Shown here: positions 48,541 through 58,572 of the stretch, one piece after another
How positions within the stretch are numbered: position 1 is the first letter of the stretch
Layout of the letters: every line of letters starts with the position of its first letter
From: a bacterium
Lineage (GTDB): Bacteria; UBP13; UBA5359
Direction: 5' to 3'
Length of the DNA stretch: 64,000 bases
Assembly (NCBI GenBank): GCA_028685295.1
Contig: JAQUEL010000002.1
Coordinates: forward strand, 7,559 to 71,558
Position numbers and translations under genes: made by a program
Notes under the pieces: generated by a model
Databases searched by the model: none
Told to the model about the DNA's origin: nothing
Seen by the model: only the letters and a program-made list of their open reading frames with translations

Positions 48541-49512
48541 TCAGATTATTTCTTTTACAGCCCCGATTATATCGCTGATCTGAGGCACAGCGGCCTCTTC
48601 CAGAACAGGACTGCAGGGCATGGGACAGTTCTTGCCGGACAACCGCTTCACGGGAGCATCCAGGTAATCAAAGGCCTCTTCCATAATACGGGTGGCTATC
48701 TCAGCCCCAGGGCCGCCGCGTTCCACCGATTCATGAACTACAATAACCCGCCCGGTCTTTTTGACGGAGCTGCAAATGCTCTCCATGTCCAGCGGCACCA
48801 GGCTGCGAGGATCTATAACCTCCACCTCGATGCCCTCAACGGCCAATTCTTCGGCTGCCTTGAGAGCCCTCTGCACCATAGTGGAGATAGCAATTACGGT
48901 TACATCTCCACCCGAACGCTTGACATCAGCCTGCCCCAGCGGAATCAAATACTCTTCTTTCGGCACCTGGCCTTTCATCTTATACGACATCTTATGTTCA
49001 ATGAAAATAACCGGGTTATCATCTCTGATGCAAGTCTTAAGAAGACCCTTGGCATCATACGGATTTGAAGGCATGACTACGTAAAGCCCCGGCACATGCA
49101 TAAACCAGGCCTCCAGGCACTGAGAATGTTGAGCAGCAAAGGAACGTCCGCTACCGCAACTGGTGCGTATCACCAGCGGCACCCTGGCCTTGCCGCCGAA
49201 CATATAACGGACCTTGGCTGCCTGGTTGGCAATCTGATCCATGGCAATACCAGTAAAATCGATATACATTATTTCCGCTATGGGGCGCATGCCCGTCAGC
49301 GCAGCACCTACTCCGGCACCCACAATAGCTGCCTCTGAGATGGCTGTATCTCTGATGCGCTCCGGCCCGAACTCATTAAAAAGGCCTCTGCTGGCGCCGT
49401 AAGCACCACCGTAGAGCCCTACATCCTCGCCCATCAGGAAAACCCTCTCATCGCGAAGCATCTCTTCGCGCATAGCCTCAATCAAAGCCTGTTGAAAAGT
49501 TATCTCTCTCAT
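48541..49512 (-). CDS. acoB: TPP-dependent dehydrogenase E1 beta subunit
   Basis: GEDVG..GG, DTAISE, AQHSQ..EAW, EVIDPRSL. Confidence 0.9.
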   Translation of the reverse strand: MREITFQQALIEAMREEMLRDERVFLMGEDVGLYGGAYGASRGLFNEFGPERIRDTAISEAAIVGAGVGAALTGMRPIAEIMYIDFTGIAMDQIANQAAKVRYMFGGKARVPLVIRTSCGSGRSFAAQHSQCLEAWFMHVPGLYVVMPSNPYDAKGLLKTCIRDDNPVIFIEHKMSYKMKGQVPKEEYLIPLGQADVKRSGGDVTVIAISTMVQRALKAAEELAVEGIEVEVIDPRSLVPLDMESICSSVKKTGRVIVVHESVERGGPGAEIATRIMEEAFDYLDAPVKRLSGKNCPMPCSPVLEEAAVPQISDIIGAVKEII

Positions 49513-49611
49513 AATCTAAAGCTCCTTTAATTTAACTTTAGCTCAACTGCTCAAGCATTAGAGAATTCAGCAATCATAATTCCGACCTCTATTGCGAGAG
49601 AGCAATTATCT

Positions 49612-50577
49612 TTAGTCTACATAAACGTCCTCAAGAAGTTCTGAAACGTCGGGGTACGGGCTCTCTTCGGCAAAACGGGCGGATGCCTCGATATACTCAT
49701 AGGCTTCATTATTAATGCGCTCCGCCTCTTTTTCGGTTAGAACATCCTTTTCCACCAGCTTTTTGCGAAAGCTGAGAATAGCATCTCTTGCCTGCCATTC
49801 CGCCTCTTCCTCCCGTGTACGATAGGCCCTGGGATCACTCTTGGAATGACCTTTATAACGATAAGTTTTACACTCTATCAGCGTAGGCCCGCTTCCCTTT
49901 CTAGCTTTATCCACTGCCTTCCTTACCGCTTCATATACAGCCAGAACATCCATACCGTCCACCACCTGACCGGGCATACCGTAGGAAGTAGCCCTGATGG
50001 CGATATCTGGCTGGGCTGCACAGGCCCTGGCAGCAGGAACGGACATACCATAAAGGTTGTTTTCACAGATATAAACCACCGGCAGCTTCCAGACACCGCC
50101 CATGTTGAGCGATTCATGGAAAGATCCGGTGTTGCTGGCTCCGTCTCCAAAGAAGCAGAGAACAACCTGCTTGCTCTTTTTCATCTGAATAGACAGCCCT
50201 GCTCCGGTAGCTATAGGAATACCGCCGCCGACTATACCATTGGCTCCCAGGTTATTTGAACTGAGATCGGCAATATGCAACGATCCTCCTTTGCCCTTGC
50301 AATAACCGGTTTTCTTGCCCCACAGCTCAGCCATCATCAGCTTTGGATCTCCACCCTTGCCGACACAGTGTCCGTGCCCTCTGTGAGTGCTGGTAATATA
50401 ATCATCGGGCTTGATAGCGGCGCAGGCTCCAATGGCCACCGCTTCCTCTCCTGCATAAAGGTGGGTGCCGCCTTTGATCTTACCCAGACCATAGAGTTCG
50501 TCCACCTTCTCTTCAAAGTAGCGTACCAGCAGCATTCTGCGGTACATCTCCACCATATCCTTTTTACTCAATGCCAC
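49612..50577 (-). CDS. acoA: TPP-dependent dehydrogenase E1 alpha subunit
   Basis: HLYAGEEA, HRGHGH, GDGASN..NN TPP motif, YRYKGHS. Confidence 0.9.
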   Translation of the reverse strand: MALSKKDMVEMYRRMLLVRYFEEKVDELYGLGKIKGGTHLYAGEEAVAIGACAAIKPDDYITSTHRGHGHCVGKGGDPKLMMAELWGKKTGYCKGKGGSLHIADLSSNNLGANGIVGGGIPIATGAGLSIQMKKSKQVVLCFFGDGASNTGSFHESLNMGGVWKLPVVYICENNLYGMSVPAARACAAQPDIAIRATSYGMPGQVVDGMDVLAVYEAVRKAVDKARKGSGPTLIECKTYRYKGHSKSDPRAYRTREEEAEWQARDAILSFRKKLVEKDVLTEKEAERINNEAYEYIEASARFAEESPYPDVSELLEDVYVD

Positions 50578-50610
50578 TTGCTGTTCCCCCTCTAATTAGC
50601 TTTTTAGGCT

Positions 50611-51573
50611 CTAGGCTGACTTGGAGCTATGCTCCAACACTCTTTCGGCAGTCAGCTCATCTGTCACCAGAATATTGATGAATCCACCTCGCAAAGCACC
50701 GGTTATGGCCTCTATCTTATCAGCTCCTCCAGCCATCCCTATCACCGTGTCGATATTACGCAGCGCCTGCGGCGATATACCTACCACCCTATCATGCAGC
50801 GATGTGCGACAAACCCGCCCTTCGATATCAAAGAAGCAGGAGCAGACATCGCCTACTGCATCGAAACAAGCCAGTTCCTTTCCTTCTTCATCAGAAAGAT
50901 AACCGGTTTTCTTAAGAATGGAATCCGCCAGGCAGCCTATACCTACAAGAGCCGTATCTATGCGATGAAAGTTATCAAATATTTCTGCCAGCCGCTTCTC
51001 CGCCAGCAAAGCATCGCGCACCTGGCTGCTGGAGACCACCACCGGAGCCGGCAACGGATACCAGCGTCCTCCAAAGGCTTCGGCAATACGGCGAGCCAGT
51101 TCATTGGCATGATAATCTCCCTCCGCCTGGCCAACACCGCCCAGCATCTGAAAAACCGTTAGATCGGGGCATCTTCCATCCGGATGAAGGCAATTCACCA
51201 TCTCCTGCAGTGTCGTCCCCCAGGATACACCCAGGATATTGCCGGCGCAAACATTCCTTTCCAGATATGCTGCAGCGGCCTCTCCAATAGCTCTCTTGGA
51301 ATCACGGCCCCCGCCACAAAGAGCCACCACCGCTTCCTTCAGGTTGAACCTTCGGCAGAGCTCTTCCTCCAGCGCCGAAGTTTCGCCCAAAGGATTGATT
51401 ATCCTAATCTGGACTATGCCTCTATCCTCAGCAGCCTTGAGCAATCGTGATATCTTGGGACGAGAAAGCCCTAATGCAGCCGCAATCTGCTGCTGCGTCA
51501 ATTTCTCCTGATAATACATCTCAGATACCCTGACAAGCAGACGCAATCCATTCTTTACAGCGGACATCAACAT
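50611..51573 (-). CDS. SorC/DeoR family sugar-binding transcriptional regulator
   Basis: YYQEKLTQQQIA..LGLSRPKISRLL, GVSWGTT, AGGADK..AI..ALRGG.INILVTD. Confidence 0.93.
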   Translation of the reverse strand: MLMSAVKNGLRLLVRVSEMYYQEKLTQQQIAAALGLSRPKISRLLKAAEDRGIVQIRIINPLGETSALEEELCRRFNLKEAVVALCGGGRDSKRAIGEAAAAYLERNVCAGNILGVSWGTTLQEMVNCLHPDGRCPDLTVFQMLGGVGQAEGDYHANELARRIAEAFGGRWYPLPAPVVVSSSQVRDALLAEKRLAEIFDNFHRIDTALVGIGCLADSILKKTGYLSDEEGKELACFDAVGDVCSCFFDIEGRVCRTSLHDRVVGISPQALRNIDTVIGMAGGADKIEAITGALRGGFINILVTDELTAERVLEHSSKSA

Positions 51574-51777
51574 CCTCCCGGCTCAGCGCTGTTTGCACAA
51601 ATGTTCAAATATAGAAACTTTGTTCACTATTACTTCTTCTACACTGGAATAAAGATTCCTGCAAAAGAGAAGGAATGTATACCAAAACCGAATTTGTGTT
51701 TAGGCAATTATAAATTGTGGTAAAATAAATCAAGCATGCCGTTACTATCCCGGGTAACGGAAATACTATAAATAATT

Positions 51778-52692
51778 ATGGAGGTGATCAGAGTGTTTGC
51801 TTGCAAAGCTAGAAAAACAATAATAGTAGTGGTCTGTCTATTTCTCATGATTCTAGCTATTGGTTCACTTGCCAGCGCAGAGGATTTTGCCTTTATGGTC
51901 ATCGCTGATCCTCATATAGACGGAACGGCGGCACATGCCACCAGGCTCCAATCATGTATCAATTGGATAAATGCCAATAAAACAACCAAAAAGATCGAAC
52001 TGGTATTCGTAGTAGGCGATATCGGATGGAGCGGTCGCCTATCTGAGGCCAAGACTTTACTGGACGGGCTGACCGTGCCTTATATTCCTCTCATGGGGGA
52101 TAACGAGTTCCAGGCGGGCTCCGAAGTGGAATTCAACAATGTGTTTTCCCCGCAATACGCATACCTGGCCGGTATTTTAACTAATTGGCAAAAAGCATCC
52201 GTGCCGGTTTGGAACCCACAAATAAGTGCGGAGAGTTATTTGCAAAACTTTTCCTTTGACCACCATGCCTGCCACTTCATTTGTGCCGATTTTGCCGCCA
52301 GATACACGGGGACCGAAACCGCAGAATTACACAATTTCACCGGCGGCACCTGGCCATGGTTCAAAAATGATGTAATTAATTGCCAAAAAACTAAAACCGA
52401 GAATATCGTATCTCTTTCGCATCACGGCATGTTTATCAACCCTTACCTTTTCAACAGCTCGCAGATGAGTACCATAACGGCTTTCACCGGTGGATATAAA
52501 AGTTATCTCCATGCCAACTACTCCGGTCATGTTCATCTTAACTGGACACAAGGGGTTCCTCTGTTTTTCTCTCATTACACGGGCATAACGACGGACGCCA
52601 CTTTCGAGGATGATAATACTATGCGGAGAGTAGCTGTTACGATCGGTTCCCTTGCAGTTTCATATGCGCAAGAGCTTGTTGTCATTCCGTAA
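51778..52692 (+). CDS. Secreted calcineurin-like metallophosphoesterase
   Basis: Signal peptide; DPH, VGD, GDNE, SHH and GHVH motifs. Confidence 0.82.
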   Translation: MEVIRVFACKARKTIIVVVCLFLMILAIGSLASAEDFAFMVIADPHIDGTAAHATRLQSCINWINANKTTKKIELVFVVGDIGWSGRLSEAKTLLDGLTVPYIPLMGDNEFQAGSEVEFNNVFSPQYAYLAGILTNWQKASVPVWNPQISAESYLQNFSFDHHACHFICADFAARYTGTETAELHNFTGGTWPWFKNDVINCQKTKTENIVSLSHHGMFINPYLFNSSQMSTITAFTGGYKSYLHANYSGHVHLNWTQGVPLFFSHYTGITTDATFEDDNTMRRVAVTIGSLAVSYAQELVVIP

Positions 52693-52750
52693 AAATCGAT
52701 ATGGTGCCTTCCTGCTGCCGGGGCGCAACGCACCCCGGCAGCAGGTCTTC

Positions 52751-53020
52751 TCATTCTTCCGCTTTGCTGTGCCGGTCTCTTAAATCGGATACTCTTATTC
52801 TTTTGGGGGTGAAAAGATACATCATCCTATCCAGGCGCTCGAATCCGCCTTCAAGGCCCAGGACTGCGCCACGGAGAAAATCGAATATTCTTATCGCGCT
52901 CTCTTCATCATAGGGCAGTCTGACAAAGACGGCTATGCCGTCCTTGAGGCAATCCGTAATGAGGCAGGCATCATCCATATTCTTCGGATCCTCCACAAGG
53001 AGTTCGGCCAACATAAACAT
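52751..53020 (-). CDS. sepF: Cell division protein SepF (C-terminal domain only)
   Basis: P..MDDA..I.D.LK.G..V......RI.DFL.GA...L.G......YLFTP..I.V SepF pattern. Confidence 0.8.
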   Translation of the reverse strand: MFMLAELLVEDPKNMDDACLITDCLKDGIAVFVRLPYDEESAIRIFDFLRGAVLGLEGGFERLDRMMYLFTPKRIRVSDLRDRHSKAEE

Positions 53021-53170
53021 TCCCCCCTCAGCTTACCGACAAACGGTCATCTTTATTAAATTCATTTTACACAATATCCGCATCAGCTACAACAGGTGCT
53101 TGACACCGTTGCCGGCGGCAGGTAATATACGGTTAAAGTAATTTATAATTTATTTGAGGTTCGATTTCTT

Positions 53171-53272
53171 ATGGACCGTTACACAAATAACATATATACC
53201 CTTCCGGTAACCCGCCTCGTAGTGGTAGAGCTGGGCGTAGTAGTACGCACTGCAAATACCAATGCGCCATAG
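53171..53272 (+). CDS. ilvBN leader peptide (IvbL-like), 33 aa
   Basis: MDRYTNNIYTLPVTRLVVVELGVVVRTANTNAP* with 7 Val and 3 Leu codons. It ends in NAP like E. coli IvbL. Confidence 0.85.
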   Translation: MDRYTNNIYTLPVTRLVVVELGVVVRTANTNAP

Positions 53273-53302
53273 CGGGATAAACTGAAATCAAAACAGAGAT
53301 CT

Positions 53303-53338
53303 TAAGCCCCGTCGGCGCTCCGACGGGGCTTATTTTTT
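53303..53338 (+). terminator. Attenuator terminator of ilvBN
   Basis: 13-bp perfect stem TAAGCCCCGTCGG/CCGACGGGGCTTA, 4-nt loop, T6. Confidence 0.92.
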
Positions 53339-53350
53339 GAGGTGATGATA

Positions 53351-55015
53351 ATGAAGATAACCGGAGCTCAGTTGATAATCCATCTGTTGGAAAGACAGGG
53401 AATACGGACCATTGCCGGCATTCCTGGTGGAGCCAACCTGCCGCTCTACGATGCCCTCTCCCAAAGCGACAAAATCCGTCACATATTGACGCGACATGAA
53501 CAAGGAGCCGCCTTCATTGCCCAGGGCATGGCACGCGTCAGCGGCCGACCGGCTGTTTGCTTTGCCACCTCCGGCCCCGGCGCCGTTAACACGCTGACAG
53601 CTATAGCTGATGCCAGGATGGATTCTATCCCGGTAATCTGTATCACCGGTCAGGTCTCCGGCGGAATGATAGGAACAGATGCTTTCCAGGAGATAGATAC
53701 CTACGGCATGAGCATTCCCATCACAAAACACAATTTCCTGGTACGCTCAGTAGATGAGTTATTAGAAGTGATACCAAAAGCCTTCTGCATTGCTGCCTCT
53801 GGAAGGCCCGGTCCGGTGCTGATCGATATCCCCAGAGATGTTCAAAGCGGATTTCTGGAATTTGAGGAATGGCCTGAGCCAGGCCGGCCGAGCTCGCTGC
53901 CGCAATTTAAAATGCAGGATATCAAAGAAGCGGCAAAAATGATCAATAACGCCCGGCGGCCTGTTCTATATCTCGGCGGCGGCATTATTCACGCCGAAGC
54001 CGGGAATACTGCACTTCGGCTGATGGAGAAGGCCTCTCTGCCGGCCGTTGCCACCTTAATGGGCCTGGGTGCCGTACCGAGCGACCACCCACTCTTTATG
54101 GGCATGCTGGGCATGCACGCAGCCCGCTATACCAACCTGGCCCTTGAAGAGTGTGACTTGCTGATAGCCGTCGGCGTTCGCTTTGATGACCGGGCCACCG
54201 GCAGAGTGGAGCGCTTTTGCTCCAAAGCAGCAATTATCCATATCGATATCGATCCTGCTGAAATCGGTAAACTCAAATTAGCTCATACCGGCATTGCCGG
54301 TGATGCCGGACAGGTAATGGAAGCCTTGTTGCCGTTGATAGATAGTAATCTCCGCCGGGAATGGCTTGGTCATATTGAAGAGTTAAAGAGGCATTACCCT
54401 CTGCAAATGCCAGGCAAAGACGATCCGAGCACGCCTTACGGTTTGATAACTCAAGTGGCTGCTTTCTTAGATGATAATGCCGTCATCACCACTGACGTCG
54501 GACAGCATCAGATGTGGACAGCTCAGGCCTATCCGCTTAGCCGGCCGCGTTGCTGGCTTACCTCTGGTGGCCTGGGAACTATGGGCTTCGGTCTGCCGGC
54601 GGCCATAGGCGCAGCCCTTGCCCTGCCCGATCGGACCGTAGTCTGCTTCAGTGGCGACGGCAGCCTGATGATGAACATTCAGGAACTGGCCACCGCTGTG
54701 GAAGAGAATATCAACGTAAAAATCGTTCTGCTGGACAACAACGCCCTGGGGCTGGTACGCCAGCAACAGGACCTCTTTTTTGACGGGCGCTTTTTCGCCT
54801 CAGATTATCGCTACCGGCCGGATTTTGTCAGAATAGCCGAGGGCTTCGGCATGAGAGCTGTCAGCCTGGGAAGTGCTGTTGATCCGGCAGCAACTCTGGC
54901 CGATGCTCTGAGCACGCCGGGACCGTACCTTATTCATGCCCCGATAAGTGCAGATGAGAGAGTCTACCCCATGGTGCCTCCCGGAGGCGCCAACATAGAT
55001 ATGATTGGAGATTAA
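53351..55015 (+). CDS. ilvB: Acetohydroxyacid synthase large subunit (AHAS I-like)
   Basis: TGAQLI..LLE.QGI, RHEQGAAF, GTDAFQE, DVGQHQMW, GDGS.MMN. Start set after GAGGTG. Confidence 0.96.
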   Translation: MKITGAQLIIHLLERQGIRTIAGIPGGANLPLYDALSQSDKIRHILTRHEQGAAFIAQGMARVSGRPAVCFATSGPGAVNTLTAIADARMDSIPVICITGQVSGGMIGTDAFQEIDTYGMSIPITKHNFLVRSVDELLEVIPKAFCIAASGRPGPVLIDIPRDVQSGFLEFEEWPEPGRPSSLPQFKMQDIKEAAKMINNARRPVLYLGGGIIHAEAGNTALRLMEKASLPAVATLMGLGAVPSDHPLFMGMLGMHAARYTNLALEECDLLIAVGVRFDDRATGRVERFCSKAAIIHIDIDPAEIGKLKLAHTGIAGDAGQVMEALLPLIDSNLRREWLGHIEELKRHYPLQMPGKDDPSTPYGLITQVAAFLDDNAVITTDVGQHQMWTAQAYPLSRPRCWLTSGGLGTMGFGLPAAIGAALALPDRTVVCFSGDGSLMMNIQELATAVEENINVKIVLLDNNALGLVRQQQDLFFDGRFFASDYRYRPDFVRIAEGFGMRAVSLGSAVDPAATLADALSTPGPYLIHAPISADERVYPMVPPGGANIDMIGD

Positions 55016-55019
55016 AACC

Positions 55020-55343
55020 ATGATTGAAGCAACTTATGAACGTCCAAACACCTTACTGAGCCGAGAGCGGCATACCATCCTGGAGTTGATAGTAAATAAT
55101 CATCCCGGAGTTATGTCGCATATCTGCGGGCTCTTCGCTCGCCGAGCTTATAATATGAACGGCATATTCTGTCTGCCCTTCGGCAACGGCAGCCGGAGCC
55201 GTATCTGGCTGCTGGTGGATAAAGATCAACGGCTGGAGCAAATGATTAAACAGATGCTGAAGCTTGAAGATGTGCTCCGTGTGCAGCAGCATGACGGCAA
55301 TCATGAGGTATTCGTACAGCTAGAGAGGTTTTTTTACTTCTGA
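55020..55343 (+). CDS. ilvN: Acetohydroxyacid synthase small subunit (IlvN type)
   Basis: ILEL.VNNHPGVMSHICGLFARRAYN...IWLLV..DQRLEQM..Q..KLEDV, the short E. coli IlvN type. Confidence 0.93.
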   Translation: MIEATYERPNTLLSRERHTILELIVNNHPGVMSHICGLFARRAYNMNGIFCLPFGNGSRSRIWLLVDKDQRLEQMIKQMLKLEDVLRVQQHDGNHEVFVQLERFFYF

Positions 55344-56206
55344 ACCTCTCTTATCAGGGAGATCATTCTGCGGCCGTACTCTACATAGTTGGCGTATCTT
55401 ACCTCCTCTGAGGACTGCATGGAGGAATCGTGATAAACCACCGCCAGATGGGGCTCTATGGAGATGCCGCCGTTATAGCCTCCGTCCAGCAGGTCTTTGA
55501 TGATTCTCCTCACATCTCCATCTCCCTCTCCAGGGAAGGTATACTCCGTCTTGCTTTCCGCCGCATTCCATCTACCGTCTTTGATATGGATATAGGCTAT
55601 ATGCTCTTTGACATGATTGTAGAACTCCCAGGAGGACTGTTTGGGGTACGGCGCAATTTTAGTCCTGTCATCGGTAAAAATCGGGTTACCGGTATCGAAT
55701 ACCAGCTTCAAACCGGGCACATTCTCTATCAGCCGCAGAGTATAGGTCCAACCCATGCCACCGTAGTTCATGCAATTTTCATGCACCGCCTCTATTCCGG
55801 CATCAGCAAACATACGGTGCAGTATCCTCATCCGCCTGAACCGCTCCTCCTCCATCTGGTCTTCCGGCCCTCTATCTGATAGAACGGCAAAGCTCATGAT
55901 ACGAATAAGCTTCGTTCCCAACCGCTGCATCCTGGGGATAGCTCTTTCGACTTCCTTCAGGGATATATCAAAGGGCCCATCTATTCTCTTGCTCCAGTTG
56001 GCTATGGTAGAGCCAAAACAATTTATTTTTACTCCTGCCTCTTCCAGCTTCAGGCATACCTCTTCGAATCTATCCTCAGGCAGATCATGGATATTGGCTC
56101 CATCCACATTTCTGGCTTCTATATTCTCCCACCCCAACTCCTTGGTGGCTCTTATCTGCTGTTCAATCCCTGCTGCCGCCTCATCGGCAAATCCTGTCAA
56201 ATACAT
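55334..56206 (-). CDS. Sugar phosphate isomerase/epimerase (xylose-isomerase-like TIM barrel)
   Basis: TGFADE, HEN, FDTGN, HIKD and SIEPH metal ligands. Confidence 0.9.
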   Translation of the reverse strand: MYLTGFADEAAAGIEQQIRATKELGWENIEARNVDGANIHDLPEDRFEEVCLKLEEAGVKINCFGSTIANWSKRIDGPFDISLKEVERAIPRMQRLGTKLIRIMSFAVLSDRGPEDQMEEERFRRMRILHRMFADAGIEAVHENCMNYGGMGWTYTLRLIENVPGLKLVFDTGNPIFTDDRTKIAPYPKQSSWEFYNHVKEHIAYIHIKDGRWNAAESKTEYTFPGEGDGDVRRIIKDLLDGGYNGGISIEPHLAVVYHDSSMQSSEEVRYANYVEYGRRMISLIREVQK

Positions 56207-56225
56207 CTTTACACTCCTTTACACT

Positions 56226-57371
56226 TTAAAAAGATTTATCCATATTTTCATCTGGTTTTTTCACAACCCTCTTCTGATAAACCGATTCGGCTATCAGCCT
56301 TTGTAATTCCTTCTCATACTCTCTTCCATCCATAGGTAGATCTACTATTTCGGATTTCAATGACGAGTAGAGAATGGCATTGGCCAATTCTACAGATTTG
56401 ATGCCTTCCTCGGCAGGTGCTATCAAAGAAGCGCCCTCCAGGACGGCATCAACGAAATTCTGCATAATCTCCGTATGCCGGCCGGCTGTTCCTTCTATAG
56501 GTATATCTATATTCCATACTTCAGGCTTAGTGAAACCGGAGGCAAAATTACGACTATGCTCAATAGAGGATTCCTCATTGCGGATAAAGATCAGCCTCTC
56601 GTTCTCCACCACCATCTTGCCCATCTCTCCGGCTATCTCCAGGCGATTGGTGCCGGGCGCCTCCCCGGTGGTAGTCACGAAAACGCCGGTGGCACCATTA
56701 GAATACTCCATATAGGCGGTCACCTGGTCCTCTACCTCTATATCATGCCACCTGCCCAGACCACAGAAACCTTGCACCTTTGCCGGCATTCCACATAGCC
56801 ACTGCAACAGATCCAATTGATGAGGGCACTGATTGAGCAACACGCCTCCACCCTCTCCCTTCCAGGAAGCACGCCAGGCACCGTCGGCGTAGTAGGCTTC
56901 CGTTCGATACCAATCCGTCACTATCCAGTTGACCCTGGATATCTTTCCTAATTCACCCTTATCTATGAGTTGCTTTAGCTTCTTATAGCATGAACTAGTC
57001 CGCTGCTGAAACATAGCAGCAAAGACCTGGTCTTTATTCCTATGGGCCGCTATCAATCTCTCGGCATCGGCCTTGTGTACAGAGATAGGCTTTTCCATCA
57101 ATACATGCAATCCGCTCTCCAGCGCATCTATGCCGATGGTGGTATGAGAGTAGTGCGGAGTAGCTATAAGGACGGCATCCACCTCTCCGGAAATAATCAG
57201 CTCATGGCTATCCGCGAAGCATCTCAATTCTTTGAACTTCGTCAATGAACTCTCATCGATATCGCAAACCGCCGTTAATTTACACTCTCTTACATCACCT
57301 GCGATTATCTTCTCAGCATGGTTCCGCCCCATGCTTCCAAGCCCTATTATACCTATCCTCAACTCATTCAC
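56226..57371 (-). CDS. Gfo/Idh/MocA family oxidoreductase
   Basis: IGIIGLGSMG, TPHYSH, HVLMEKP, GGGVLLNQCPHQLD. Confidence 0.92.
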   Translation of the reverse strand: MNELRIGIIGLGSMGRNHAEKIIAGDVRECKLTAVCDIDESSLTKFKELRCFADSHELIISGEVDAVLIATPHYSHTTIGIDALESGLHVLMEKPISVHKADAERLIAAHRNKDQVFAAMFQQRTSSCYKKLKQLIDKGELGKISRVNWIVTDWYRTEAYYADGAWRASWKGEGGGVLLNQCPHQLDLLQWLCGMPAKVQGFCGLGRWHDIEVEDQVTAYMEYSNGATGVFVTTTGEAPGTNRLEIAGEMGKMVVENERLIFIRNEESSIEHSRNFASGFTKPEVWNIDIPIEGTAGRHTEIMQNFVDAVLEGASLIAPAEEGIKSVELANAILYSSLKSEIVDLPMDGREYEKELQRLIAESVYQKRVVKKPDENMDKSF

Positions 57372-57611
57372 GGCTCTCCTCCATTTGCTGTAACCCTTCC
57401 TTAAAACTCATACGTTCGATCTTTTTATAGATCAATGGATTACATTACTTACTTACAACTATATTACATATATTAAGAGCTATTTATAAGCACATATATT
57501 GCTAAGAAACAGTTATTGTACATATATTGCGTTTACTTAAGCGCTGCTGCTATAATCTCTATAGGAATAATCGGCCTTTCCCGGTTTAACACCCCCGCAA
57601 AGGAGGATGCC

Positions 57612-58490
57612 TTGTTTAATATATGCACCGGTAATTTTGAGAATCCTCCGCTTTCCGTAAGCCGGCAGATTATGCCCAAAGACTTTGCCGGCGTACCTAA
57701 CGGGCACCATCATGAATGTTATGAGATTTTCTATGTAATCCAAGGTCACATCGATGCCTTTATCAACAATAAGACATATCATGCCAGCGACGGATGCATG
57801 ATAATTCTGAATTCTCTCATCCCCCACGCACATATCTATCCGCAGAATATCGAGGTGGAGAGGATCTGTATAAGCTTTGAACGGGAGTTTGCCGCCGGAA
57901 TGGCCCGTTTTGCAAAGGATACTGATATTCTGGAAGCTTTTCATTCCGATATCAATGTGATCAGTTGCCCGATCAGCCTGCGTAATTTTATCACGGATAT
58001 CGTCGATAAAATGCTTATGGAGATGAAAAAGGGAAATCAGGGAGCCATAAGCATAGCTGCTGCCTTACTGATGCATATGCTTATAATCATCAATAGGAAC
58101 TTCCGTAATTTTGAGCTGAAACAGCAAGTGCTGAATACTCCGGCATATTCCCGAGTCACCGAGATGATAGAATATATAAGATCTAGTTATAACAATGATA
58201 TCTCTCTGGATAACATATCGAAAAAGTTTAATATAAGCCGCTATTATATAATCAGGATTTTCAAAAAACATACCGGCTTTACACCCATAGAATATGTGAA
58301 TAATATCAGAGTTCTAAAGGCTATCGAGCTGCTTACGGGAGCAGAACGGAAAACGGTGAGCGATATAGGTGAACTTGTCGGCTTTAACAGTATAACGCAT
58401 TTCGGCAGAGTCTTTAAAAAGATTACCGGCATATCGCCGCAAAAGTACCGTGCCGCCAAAAAAACCTCTGCATTTTTGCAACATAATTAA
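57612..58490 (+). CDS. AraC family regulator with cupin sensor
   Basis: HHHECYEI cupin; C-terminal HTH VGFNSITHFGRVFKK. Start set at TTG after AGGAGG. Confidence 0.9.
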   Translation: MFNICTGNFENPPLSVSRQIMPKDFAGVPNGHHHECYEIFYVIQGHIDAFINNKTYHASDGCMIILNSLIPHAHIYPQNIEVERICISFEREFAAGMARFAKDTDILEAFHSDINVISCPISLRNFITDIVDKMLMEMKKGNQGAISIAAALLMHMLIIINRNFRNFELKQQVLNTPAYSRVTEMIEYIRSSYNNDISLDNISKKFNISRYYIIRIFKKHTGFTPIEYVNNIRVLKAIELLTGAERKTVSDIGELVGFNSITHFGRVFKKITGISPQKYRAAKKTSAFLQHN

Positions 58491-58491
58491 C

Positions 58492-58519
58492 GGGCGGAGC
58501 CTCTTCCCAGGCTTCGCCC
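58492..58519. terminator. Hairpin between convergent araC-type and serC genes
   Basis: 10-bp stem GGGCGGAGCC/GGCTTCGCCC (one G-U). Confidence 0.6.
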
Positions 58520-58572
58520 TTCACTTCACCGGCTGCACCCTGCCTCCGGCAGTTCCTTTGCTCCGATTTATA

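Noticed and set aside
53021-53340. T-box riboswitch upstream of ilvB
   Set aside because: No T-box consensus (AGGGTGGNACCGCG) is present; the leader-peptide model explains the terminator.
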